DNA of 64,000 bases from Spirochaetales bacterium (GTDB taxonomy: Bacteria > Spirochaetota > Spirochaetia > JAFGXN01), in assembly GCA_016936615.1 (NCBI GenBank), contig JAFGXN010000141.1, forward strand, positions 6,053-70,052, in the 5' to 3' direction. The position numbers and the translations under genes are program-made. Below are positions 22,178 to 30,857 of this stretch, one piece after another (the stretch's first letter is position 1; each line of letters opens with the position of its first letter). The notes beneath the pieces are model-generated. The model was not told the DNA's origin and searched no databases. It was given only the letters and a program-made list of their open reading frames with translations.

Positions 22178-22206
22178 ATACTATCCTTGTGTTTATTTTT
22201 GGTCAA
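22178..22206 (-). promoter_or_regulatory. Sigma70 promoter, leaderless geometry, for leuS
   Basis: TTGACC-17-TAGTAT-7 nt-ATG. Confidence 0.6.
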
Positions 22207-22248
22207 TATTCTGCAATGAATAAATCAATTTTAGTCGGAAATCTTTAA

Positions 22249-23493
22249 TTACTCATCTTCATCAGATTCATGAATTGTGACAAAGATCAACTTAATCCTG
22301 TTCTTCTCAACAGTTTTTACCTTAAATACAAAATTCTTATATATCAAGACAGCCCCAGCGACTGGAATCTCAGCTAACTTCTCAATCATAAATCCTGCCA
22401 AGGTCTGCATGTAAGAATCCTCAGCCAGATCAATATTCAAAAGAGCCTCGACCTCGTGAATAGGAGTCTCGCCCCGAATCTCATACTGATTTTCGCCAAT
22501 CAGCTTTATCGCTTGATCCTTCTCTTGCTCCTGTTCATCATACAACTCACCAAAGATCTCTTCTACAACATCCTCTTGAGTGACAATACCAGAAAGGCCA
22601 CCATACTCGTCGAGGACAACAACCATCTTCATATGATTCTTTTTGAAAAGAGAAAAAAGATGCTTAATCTTCTTAACCTCTTGAATAAATACAGGCTCCA
22701 TCATGAAAGATTCAATAGTCAAATCAAGCTGTCCCTCTGCATATTTCTCCAACAAACATTTTCGCATCAAGACTCCAGTAACATTCTCCTTATCCCCCTG
22801 ATATACAGGAAACCTTGAAAATGTAGAATCCTTCACAAACTCATATGCTTGCGCAACAGTCATAGCCCCATCAATGCTAAAGACATACTTTCTGTGTGTC
22901 ATAATCGCATGCACCGGCACATCATTTAGCTTAAAGACCTTCTTGACCATGTAATTTTCCTGATTATCAACAAGACCCTCATCCTCGGCAATATTCACAA
23001 TATGAAGAATACCCTCAAGAGAGATCGACTTACCCTTAGATTTCGAAAAAATCCTAGATATTAGAGAGCCAAAGACATTGATAAAGATGACAAAAGGTCT
23101 AAGAATAACTGATAATAGATAGATTGCGACTACAGTATGAGCAGCAATAAACTCATTGTGAATCAGCGCAATCTGCTTAGGCGCAACCTCTGCGAAGATA
23201 AGAATAACAAAAGTTAAAATCCCCACCGCAATTCCCGCCCCAGTACTTCCAAAAAGCTCTGTAGCCAAGGTAGTTGTAACAGCAGAAGCCGCAATATTTA
23301 CAAGATTATTGCCAAGAAGGATAGTTGTAAGCAACAAATCAGGCCTTGAAGTCATCTTCATAACCAATTTCTTCCGACGAGACTTCATACTTTTTAGCTG
23401 AATCGCAGACAAAGATGTAAAAGCTGTCTCGGAAGAAGAGAAAAATGCTGAGAAGACTAATAGCACAAAGAGAAAAGAGATTTTAAAAACCAT
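22249..23493 (-). CDS. CNNM/HlyC-CorC family Mg/Co transport protein (DUF21, 2 CBS, CorC)
   Basis: SAFFSSSETAFTS, TILLGNNLVNI, IFAEVAPK, FSRFPVY, VLDEYGGLSGIVT. Confidence 0.92.
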   Translation of the reverse strand: MVFKISFLFVLLVFSAFFSSSETAFTSLSAIQLKSMKSRRKKLVMKMTSRPDLLLTTILLGNNLVNIAASAVTTTLATELFGSTGAGIAVGILTFVILIFAEVAPKQIALIHNEFIAAHTVVAIYLLSVILRPFVIFINVFGSLISRIFSKSKGKSISLEGILHIVNIAEDEGLVDNQENYMVKKVFKLNDVPVHAIMTHRKYVFSIDGAMTVAQAYEFVKDSTFSRFPVYQGDKENVTGVLMRKCLLEKYAEGQLDLTIESFMMEPVFIQEVKKIKHLFSLFKKNHMKMVVVLDEYGGLSGIVTQEDVVEEIFGELYDEQEQEKDQAIKLIGENQYEIRGETPIHEVEALLNIDLAEDSYMQTLAGFMIEKLAEIPVAGAVLIYKNFVFKVKTVEKNRIKLIFVTIHESDEDE

Positions 23494-23514
23494 TAGAAAC
23501 CTTTAACATAACAT

Positions 23515-23841
23515 TCATGAATATACAGGCTTAATCTTGATTAACCAGACAGAATCATCACCAAATCCCATAAGCAAAGGATCATCGATAACACCAGTAT
23601 TCACATCTAAAACCTTTCCACAGACAGGGCTTTCTAGCTCCGTAACTGTCTCTAAGGCCTCGATAAAGAGAAGTCTCTGCCCTTTATCTATAACAGATCC
23701 CTTAATTGGGAGCTCTACTTGAGAAACGCCAGAAAGCAAATCCAACGTACTCTTCCTGATCCCATAAGAGATAACACCATCATCCTCAGTTGCAGACCAC
23801 AAACTGTTATTATAGACCTTATTTTGATGAATTCTAGCCAT
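23515..23841 (-). CDS. Glycine cleavage H-protein-like domain lacking the lipoyl lysine
   Basis: VELP..GSVIDKG..LLFIEALETVTELESPVCGKVLDVN...DDP...WLIKIK matches the GcvH fold; canonical ESVK reads EALE. Confidence 0.75.
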   Translation of the reverse strand: MARIHQNKVYNNSLWSATEDDGVISYGIRKSTLDLLSGVSQVELPIKGSVIDKGQRLLFIEALETVTELESPVCGKVLDVNTGVIDDPLLMGFGDDSVWLIKIKPVYS

Positions 23842-23916
23842 ATTTACCTCATCTTAAGTATATTGATAATATATCAAAAAGAAAAGAGCTAATTCAAAGA
23901 TTTTGTATATTAGTAT

Positions 23917-24918
23917 CTAAAAAGTAGTCTCAGTAACACAATAACCTAACAAAAGACCATCTCCATCATAGAGACCACACAAACCCTCCCAGTAATCTGG
24001 ACCAGTAACATTTCTATTGATAGTCTTCTTTGCCAAAGCACGAATATACAGAGTCTCGTAGCCAGGAATATACAACTCCCACTCTACTGGGAATTCCAAA
24101 TCCTTATCCACGATAGTATCAACAACCTTGAAATCATAAGACTCTACAGCAGAAGAACTCCCCTCTGCATCAATAATTGTTCCTTCCCGATAAAAAGTTG
24201 TAGGAAAATTAAAAAGCATAATCTCCCGACCATCAAAGAATCTCAACGAGAACCAATCCCATTTTGTCTCAGTAAACTGCCCCCACTGCCGATCAAACCA
24301 TGATTTACCAGTAACAGAAAGATCTACCCAGCTGCCTGTGGGATTTCTATAGGAGAGAGACCCAACACTTGAGATACTAGTCACCGAATAATAGAAGCTA
24401 GTCTCAGTTGGCTTATCCTCATGACCCATCACAATGATACCATTATTGCCATGCCAAACTGGCAACTTCTCAAAAACAAGCTTGAAATTCATCTTCAAGC
24501 TACGAGAATCTACAATAAGTTCCATCTCATTGTCATTAAGCAATCGGAGATAATTCCCACGGAAACGAACCTCTCTCTCCTTAGCAAAAATATTCCAAGA
24601 TCTGAAAGTAATCGTCTCCTCAAAGATATGCTGCCCGGTTGCAATATCTGTAAATCCTAAATGCACCGAGAACCCCTCAACATCGCCCATAAATCCATGA
24701 AAAATAGTAAATTGGTAGAAAAAAAGATTTCCACTCTCATCATTCAAATAACCAGTCAAATACCACCACTCAGTAACATCCCTATGAGGCGCAAACTCCT
24801 CGACAGCAGATTTATGACTAACCTCATCATAATCCCTCAACTCCTTGTTCAAAGAAGCACAACTAAAAAGAAAGAGAGCCAAGATCATCAACAAAAATAA
24901 ATTTAATTTTTTTCTCAT
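23917..24918 (-). CDS. Lipoprotein, AttH/CrtC-like (lipocalin-like hydrolase) family
   Basis: Lipobox LFSC; PH..TEWWYLTG, FYYS, SWFDRQWG, WDWFSL, YWEG. Confidence 0.85.
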   Translation of the reverse strand: MRKKLNLFLLMILALFLFSCASLNKELRDYDEVSHKSAVEEFAPHRDVTEWWYLTGYLNDESGNLFFYQFTIFHGFMGDVEGFSVHLGFTDIATGQHIFEETITFRSWNIFAKEREVRFRGNYLRLLNDNEMELIVDSRSLKMNFKLVFEKLPVWHGNNGIIVMGHEDKPTETSFYYSVTSISSVGSLSYRNPTGSWVDLSVTGKSWFDRQWGQFTETKWDWFSLRFFDGREIMLFNFPTTFYREGTIIDAEGSSSAVESYDFKVVDTIVDKDLEFPVEWELYIPGYETLYIRALAKKTINRNVTGPDYWEGLCGLYDGDGLLLGYCVTETTF

Positions 24919-25004
24919 AAAAACCTCTGAAAATCATTATACATAGATTTCCCTACTTTGCCACTTATTTTTGAAAAATAGAATTCTAAATATTTATTCA
25001 GTTC

Positions 25005-25033
25005 TTGCCCCTAGAAAAGTTTTACAGTATATT
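25005..25033 (+). promoter_or_regulatory. Sigma70 promoter of htpG
   Basis: TTGCCC-17-TATATT; SD AGGAG before ATG. Confidence 0.55.
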
Positions 25034-25066
25034 ATAAAAAAATCAAACACAAAATAGGAGATATCT

Positions 25067-26920
25067 ATGTCGAATCATAAATTCAAGACTGAGGTTTCAC
25101 AATTACTAAATCTAATAATACACTCCCTGTACTCACACAAGGAGATATTTCTTCGAGAGCTGATTTCAAACTCTTCAGACGCACTCGACAAGCTAAAATT
25201 TTTGACATTAACCGATGATAATTTCAAAAGCTACAAATTCGATCCAAGAATCGATATCAAATTTTCTGAAGAGAATAAAACTTTAGAAATAATTGATACT
25301 GGAATCGGTATGGACGAGGAGGATTTGAACAAGAACCTCGGAACAATCGCAAACAGCGGAACTAAGAACTTTTTAAAAAACCTTGATGAGAACAATAAAA
25401 AAGACTCTAACCTTATCGGACAATTCGGTGTTGGCTTCTACTCATGCTTCATGGTTGCAGACAAGGTCGAAGTTATCTCACGAAAGGCTGGAACAGAACA
25501 AGCCTTCAAGTGGACAAGCGATGGCAAGGGTGAATATAAAATTGAAAATGCAGAAACAGAGAAAGATGGAACACGCATAATCCTGCATTTGAATGAAAAC
25601 GGTTCAGAATACACATCTAAATGGTCTATCGAAAGCCTAATCAAGAAATATTCAGACCATATCGCCTTCCCAATCTTCTTAGAGTTCGAAGATACAAAAT
25701 ACGATGATAAAGACGAAGACAAAGAACCTACAAAAGAGACAAAGATTGAGCAGGTCAACTCAGCAGCTGCACTTTGGAAGCGAGCAAAGACAGAGATTTC
25801 TGACGAAGAGTACAAAGAGTTCTACAAGACAATCTCTCATGATTTTGACGAACCACTACACTACATGCACACAAAGGCGGAAGGTTCTCTTGAGTACTCA
25901 ACACTTTTTTTTATACCAAAAAAAGCTCCATTTGATATGTACCAAGCAGACTACAAGCCTGGTGTTAAATTGTACGTAAAACGAGTCTTTATCACTGACG
26001 ACAACAAGGAGTTGTTGCCTCCGTACTTGAGATTTGTTCGAGGAATCATCGATTCAGAAGATCTACCACTTAACGTAAGCCGCGAAATTCTGCAGCAGAA
26101 CCGGGTAATGGCATCGATCAAGAATAAAGCAGTAAAGAAGATTCTTTCTGAGATCAAGGAACTTGCAGATAAAGATGCAGAAAAATTCAAGGAGTTTGTG
26201 GAAAACTACAACAGACCGATGAAAGAGGGTCTCTACTCAGATTACTCTAACAAAGATGCAATTCTTGAGATTGTTAGATTCAAATCAACAATGGTAGACG
26301 GATATACTAGCCTTGCTGAATACAAAGAAAGAATGCTAGAAGACCAGAAGAATATCTACTACATCACAGGAAGCGATGAGAATCTACTTCGCAAAAGCCC
26401 ACTTTTGAAAGCATACAAAGAAAAAGGCTATGAAGTACTAATCGCAGACGACGATATCGATGAAATAATCATCCCTTCAATCTTCAACTATAAAGAAATT
26501 CCATTGAAAGCAATCAATAAATCAGGCGCTGACGATGAATTGAAGAGCGATGACGATAAGAAAGCAGAGAAAGATGCAACTCCAGTAATCGACAAGATCA
26601 AAGAAGTTCTTGGAGACAAGGTAAAAGATGTAAAAGCAGACACAGGACTTGGAGACTCTCCATCAGCAGTAATAGCAGACGAGAACGACCCATCCGCACA
26701 GATGGCTCACATCCTCAAGGCAATGGGTCAATCAGGCCCCGAGGCAAAGCCAATCCTCAAAGTCAACATCAAACACCCACTCCTTGAGAAATACTCAACC
26801 GACTCTGAGAACTTCGAAGACCTTGCAAACATCTTGCTAGATCAGGCACTAATGCGAGAAGGCCTAGCACTCAAAGATCCAGCAAACTTCATCGACAGAA
26901 TCAACAAATTGATTGTGTAG
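25067..26920 (+). CDS. htpG: Molecular chaperone HtpG (Hsp90)
   Basis: YSHKEIFLRELISNSSDA, DTGIGM, LGTIANSG, IGQFGVGFYS, LPLNVSRE. Confidence 0.98.
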   Translation: MSNHKFKTEVSQLLNLIIHSLYSHKEIFLRELISNSSDALDKLKFLTLTDDNFKSYKFDPRIDIKFSEENKTLEIIDTGIGMDEEDLNKNLGTIANSGTKNFLKNLDENNKKDSNLIGQFGVGFYSCFMVADKVEVISRKAGTEQAFKWTSDGKGEYKIENAETEKDGTRIILHLNENGSEYTSKWSIESLIKKYSDHIAFPIFLEFEDTKYDDKDEDKEPTKETKIEQVNSAAALWKRAKTEISDEEYKEFYKTISHDFDEPLHYMHTKAEGSLEYSTLFFIPKKAPFDMYQADYKPGVKLYVKRVFITDDNKELLPPYLRFVRGIIDSEDLPLNVSREILQQNRVMASIKNKAVKKILSEIKELADKDAEKFKEFVENYNRPMKEGLYSDYSNKDAILEIVRFKSTMVDGYTSLAEYKERMLEDQKNIYYITGSDENLLRKSPLLKAYKEKGYEVLIADDDIDEIIIPSIFNYKEIPLKAINKSGADDELKSDDDKKAEKDATPVIDKIKEVLGDKVKDVKADTGLGDSPSAVIADENDPSAQMAHILKAMGQSGPEAKPILKVNIKHPLLEKYSTDSENFEDLANILLDQALMREGLALKDPANFIDRINKLIV

Positions 26921-26943
26921 TTGCAAAAAATTCTAGAGAATGC

Positions 26944-26976
26944 AAAAAGGGCTATCCATTGGACAGCCCTTTTTTT
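26944..26976. terminator. Bidirectional intrinsic terminator after htpG
   Basis: AAAAAGGGCTATCC-ATT-GGACAGCCCTTTTTTT; A/T tracts on both sides. Confidence 0.85.
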
Positions 26977-27112
26977 ATATATTGTATAAATTATTATTAT
27001 CAAGCTCACTCTTTGAGAATAGAGTATCTCCAGCCTTGAGATCTTTGAACGGATCTTCACATTCTGCTAATACAACCGCAAACACAATTGCAAAGTATTT
27101 TAATTTTTTAAT
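26975..27112 (-). pseudogene. Probable decayed lipoprotein gene, or 45-aa ATT-start small protein
   Basis: SD AAGGAG, 5 nt, then ATT: IKKLKYFAIVFAVVLAEC-EDPFKDLKAGDTLFSKSELDNNNLYNI*; signal-peptide-like N-terminus with near-lipobox LAEC. Confidence 0.5.
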
Positions 27113-27346
27113 GCACACTCCTTAAAACCAATTTAAACAAGTATAAAATAACAAAAAAAAAATCAATAATAACTATAATGAAAAGTCATCTTGTTTTGCT
27201 AAAGAGTCTTTTCTAGATGATTTTTCCAAAAATATATAGATATGAAAAAACCTGGTTCGCAGGAGTTGTTTCATTTGCTCCACTTGTAGCCGTTTGCAAT
27301 CATGTCGTTATAGCCTTTGCCATCAGTAACGTTTGAATATACTAAA

Positions 27347-28219
27347 TTACTCCTGCGTAGCAAATCCCTTGTAATTCAAATCACCCTCAAGAAGAAAAAG
27401 GAAGTATTCATTATTAGTCGCAACATTTATATAATTTTTGAAGGAAAAATCAAACGAAAACAGAGAATGGCCCCAATCTGCCCCGTCAAAGCTCACCGCG
27501 ACGTGGAGACCGTTCTTGTAGACATAGAGATCGCTCAAAAATTCAATGCTAAAACCGTCCCGAAGATTCTCAAACTTCACCAGATTGCTCTTTAAGTTTA
27601 TCCCCGCGCGGAACCGCATCCCCTTGCGAATATAGATGATATTGTCGCGAAGATTCACACCCGAAGCAATATCCTCAGAAGAGAAGACAAGCTCGCCACC
27701 CAGTGTCGAAACAATATTCTTCTCAAATGATTTCTTACGCCTCTTCGCCTTTTCAGAGTGACAGAACCCCCAGTAAGTATCAATTTTCAGCCCTTCATCA
27801 CCAACACCCAATCGGAAAGCCCCGATCTGATGATAATTCTCCTCGCTATCAAAGGCAAACCAATCTAGATTGTTAAAGCTATAGAAAAAACGCGATTTCT
27901 TGTCAGCTGTGATATAGATGTCACGATATAATTGAACATACCCATCAGGCTCAGTCTTAACAATCAACTCTTCACAGTCGACAGGTTCAGCCCAAGCTAA
28001 CTGATTGTAGAAAATTTTATCCCCCTTGAGAAAATAAACATTCTTCTCTTCGCCAGGAAAAATATCTTCAGGTTTCAATCCTGGCTCAAAGATATATTCT
28101 CTATCAAGATTAGGCTGGATAAAATCCATAAAATAATCTTTTTTAGAATCCTTAGGTGGAGGGAAGCCACAACTTAAGACAAGACCAACAATAACCACAA
28201 ACAAACTAATCTTTTTCAT
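27347..28219 (-). CDS. Hypothetical lipoprotein
   Basis: Lipobox VLSC, SD GGAGG; two similar motifs FYSFNNLDW and AVSFDGADW suggest an internal repeat. Confidence 0.7.
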   Translation of the reverse strand: MKKISLFVVIVGLVLSCGFPPPKDSKKDYFMDFIQPNLDREYIFEPGLKPEDIFPGEEKNVYFLKGDKIFYNQLAWAEPVDCEELIVKTEPDGYVQLYRDIYITADKKSRFFYSFNNLDWFAFDSEENYHQIGAFRLGVGDEGLKIDTYWGFCHSEKAKRRKKSFEKNIVSTLGGELVFSSEDIASGVNLRDNIIYIRKGMRFRAGINLKSNLVKFENLRDGFSIEFLSDLYVYKNGLHVAVSFDGADWGHSLFSFDFSFKNYINVATNNEYFLFLLEGDLNYKGFATQE

Positions 28220-28237
28220 AACCCCTCCACAATAGTC

Positions 28238-29212
28238 CTAATTCAAATCAAAGGTTGTGATAACAGCCCTATGGTCTGAACTAAACTTTTCAATATGAAT
28301 ATCACTTCCAGCATCCCCAACAGGCCCAATTATCTGAGAATCAGCAGGAGTAACACTACTTCCATTATAGTATATAAAATCAATTCTATCAAAAGGCTCT
28401 GGAATTGTCTCACCAGCAGCATTAGTATTTGTCTGATATTTCTCGAACGGAGACCAAGTAAAGCCAGGCACCGCAGCCGGATCAGGAAAAATCTCCCTAA
28501 AACTATCTTTAAAACCAAGCTCTGCCATCTTAACAGAGACAGGCCAAGGCATCACAGCAGGGAAATAACCCGCATCGACTGAGGCTTGAACCCAATCAAG
28601 GTGCGATGGCTCATTAAAATCCCCCGTAACAATAATCGTAAGATTATCAGCTGAAGCCTTCTCGATAGCCTTCAATAAATTGCGCCCAGTCGAACCCTCT
28701 AACCTCCGAGCCTTATTTCTAGCAATAATATCTGCCCTATCCTCAGCCGAACTAGGATCAAATGTCTGAGCCCCAAATATCCCAGTGATATTATTTATCT
28801 CATATGGACCATAAGGAATCGGAGTCAAATGAACATTAACAAACCACAACTGTTTTCCATTTGGAAGTTCAAGCTTCACACTCAACCCTAGATGCCCCAC
28901 CTCGACTATCTTATGCTTTGTAAAAATTTTGGAACTCCAATCTGACAAAGGACAAACCAAGTTATAGCCAGTCATTCTAGCCAATTTCCTAGCCTTCACA
29001 GAGTTTAACTCCTGAACACCAACAACATCACCCATCAGAATAAGTTCAGCCGCAGCCTCAAATGCATCATCCTCACAGATAGAGTTCTGAAACAGAAAGT
29101 TGTGCGTAACAACCTTAAACTCATCACTAGCAACTACACCGTCTATAGCAGGAAAACTGCAAGACACAACTAACCCAAGTAAAATTACACAAAGAATCCT
29201 CATATTTTTCAT
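28238..29212 (-). CDS. Endonuclease/exonuclease/phosphatase (EEP) family lipoprotein
   Basis: Lipobox VVSC; THN, GVQE, NVHL, TGDFNEPSHLDW, DSFR, RIDFIY, SSDHRAV. Confidence 0.9.
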   Translation of the reverse strand: MKNMRILCVILLGLVVSCSFPAIDGVVASDEFKVVTHNFLFQNSICEDDAFEAAAELILMGDVVGVQELNSVKARKLARMTGYNLVCPLSDWSSKIFTKHKIVEVGHLGLSVKLELPNGKQLWFVNVHLTPIPYGPYEINNITGIFGAQTFDPSSAEDRADIIARNKARRLEGSTGRNLLKAIEKASADNLTIIVTGDFNEPSHLDWVQASVDAGYFPAVMPWPVSVKMAELGFKDSFREIFPDPAAVPGFTWSPFEKYQTNTNAAGETIPEPFDRIDFIYYNGSSVTPADSQIIGPVGDAGSDIHIEKFSSDHRAVITTFDLN

Positions 29213-29223
29213 AAAATCTCCCT

Positions 29224-29250
29224 AAAATGCTAGGTTTAAAGCACCTAGCA
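29224..29250 (-). terminator. Stem-loop between the EEP paralogues (partial terminator or mRNA stabiliser)
   Basis: TGCTAGGT-N7-ACCTAGCA followed by TTTT on the minus strand. Confidence 0.5.
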
Positions 29251-29261
29251 AGCTTTAATAT

Positions 29262-30215
29262 CTATTTAAGTAAAAATTTTGTAAGCACAGATCTGTGGTC
29301 TGAGCTGTAATCTGGAATATGAATATCACTTCCGCTATCACCCTCTGGTCCAAGAATCATTGTCTCAAGAGGTGTCACCTTATCACCCTTGTAATAGACA
29401 AAATCAATCCTGTCAAAAGGCTCTGGAATTGTCTCGCCCTTAACATTTACATTAGTCTGATATTTTTCAAAAGGAGACCATGTGAAACCAGGAACAGCAA
29501 CTGGATCTGGATTCAATACTCTGAAACTATCTTTGAACCCCAACTCAGCCATTCTAACAGAAGCTGGCCATTTAACAACAACAGGGAAATTACCCGCATC
29601 AACAGCAGCTTGAGTCCAATCTAGATGAGACGGCTCGTTAAAATCACCAGTAATAAACATAGGAATATTATCCTTTGAAGCAAGCTCTATAGCCTTTAAC
29701 AATCTTCGTCCTTCAAGACAATCAATCCTTTTTGCTCTATTTCTCTCTACAAGAGATTCCACATCATCCGGGGACGAAGAATCAAAGACCTTTCCACCAA
29801 AAATTCCAGAAATTTGATTTACCTCATATGGTCCATACGGTGCTGGAGGTAAATGGACATTAAAAATCCAAACCTGCTTACCGTTAGGAAGCTCAATCTT
29901 CGCACCTTGACGCATAAATCCAACAGCAACAACCTTATGCTTAGTCAAAATCTTAGGACTCCAGCCAAACTGTTTAACATAATTATAACCAGTCAACTTA
30001 GCCAATTTCCTAACCTTGCCCCAGCTCATCTCTTGACAACCAATAATATCAGTCTTCTTTACAATTTCAGAAATTGCAGAAAAAGCCTCATCATCTCCCT
30101 TTGAATTAACAAAAAGAAAATTATGAGTTCCAACTGTAAGCTCAATAGAATCCTCAGCAAATAGTGCTGGAAATGCCATTGTTAAAACGAGAATAAGCGT
30201 AATAATTTTTTTCAT
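29262..30215 (-). CDS. EEP family secreted protein (paralogue of 28238..29212)
   Basis: Sec signal ending ALFA-E; THN, GCQE, NVHL, TGDFNEPSHLDW, RIDFVY, SSDHRSV. Confidence 0.9.
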   Translation of the reverse strand: MKKIITLILVLTMAFPALFAEDSIELTVGTHNFLFVNSKGDDEAFSAISEIVKKTDIIGCQEMSWGKVRKLAKLTGYNYVKQFGWSPKILTKHKVVAVGFMRQGAKIELPNGKQVWIFNVHLPPAPYGPYEVNQISGIFGGKVFDSSSPDDVESLVERNRAKRIDCLEGRRLLKAIELASKDNIPMFITGDFNEPSHLDWTQAAVDAGNFPVVVKWPASVRMAELGFKDSFRVLNPDPVAVPGFTWSPFEKYQTNVNVKGETIPEPFDRIDFVYYKGDKVTPLETMILGPEGDSGSDIHIPDYSSDHRSVLTKFLLK

Positions 30216-30232
30216 AACCTCTCCTATAATTA

Positions 30233-30258
30233 AAATTTAATATTTGCATATTAAATTT
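30233..30258. promoter_or_regulatory. Perfect inverted repeat in divergent promoter region (candidate operator)
   Basis: AAATTTAATAT-TTGC-ATATTAAATTT. Confidence 0.35.
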
Positions 30259-30302
30259 CTTTTAAAATTTAGCTTTTCATAGTAATATCAGATTATAGTA
30301 AC

Positions 30303-30857
30303 ATGAAATTTTTAAAAACGATATTATTAATTATTTGTATTTTGCAATTTTCATGCAAAAAATCTCCATTATTACCAGAAAACCTTGATTTAGAGATCAA
30401 GAATATAACAAATCTATCTACATACCAGCACATTTATAGAGATATTATATATATTAGAGAGAGCAAGCATGTAATAGGTATCCCAATCTACGACAAATCA
30501 GTACTTTTCACAATCAATATCCACGTAATAGCAGGAATAGACTTTGAGAACCTCGAATACAAGATAAGCGAAGAGACCATCACCATAACACTACCTGAGA
30601 GCAAGATCTTCTCAATCGATGCTGATGAATCTTCTATTTTTCAATATTTTATAAAAGAAAAAAATTCAAAGATCGACATATTAACCATTTACAATGCAAT
30701 AAATGAGAAGAAACTTGAGATACACGAGGATGCAATCAGCCGAGGAATTTTGAAGAAAGCAGAAGATAACGCAAAGGTTCTGATAAGCGACTTTCTATTT
30801 TCTACTGGGTTTAAGGAGGTTTTCTTTGAAAAAAAAGATACTAAAGACTCTGAATAA
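30303..30857 (+). CDS. DUF4230-like lipoprotein
   Basis: Lipobox QFSC; VIAGIDF, ITITLPESKI, GILKKAEDNAK. Confidence 0.8.
   Translation: MKFLKTILLIICILQFSCKKSPLLPENLDLEIKNITNLSTYQHIYRDIIYIRESKHVIGIPIYDKSVLFTINIHVIAGIDFENLEYKISEETITITLPESKIFSIDADESSIFQYFIKEKNSKIDILTIYNAINEKKLEIHEDAISRGILKKAEDNAKVLISDFLFSTGFKEVFFEKKDTKDSE

Noticed and set aside
22249-23493. Hemolysin or virulence factor
   Set aside because: Domain architecture is that of CNNM/CorC metal homeostasis proteins
24919-25066. CIRCE/HrcA heat-shock operator upstream of htpG
   Set aside because: No TTAGCACTC-N9-GAGTGCTAA match; only a sigma70-like promoter
27240-27380. 6S RNA or integron attC site
   Set aside because: The enclosed region is too short for 6S, and I saw no attC core sites or integrase; kept only as a low-score structural finding
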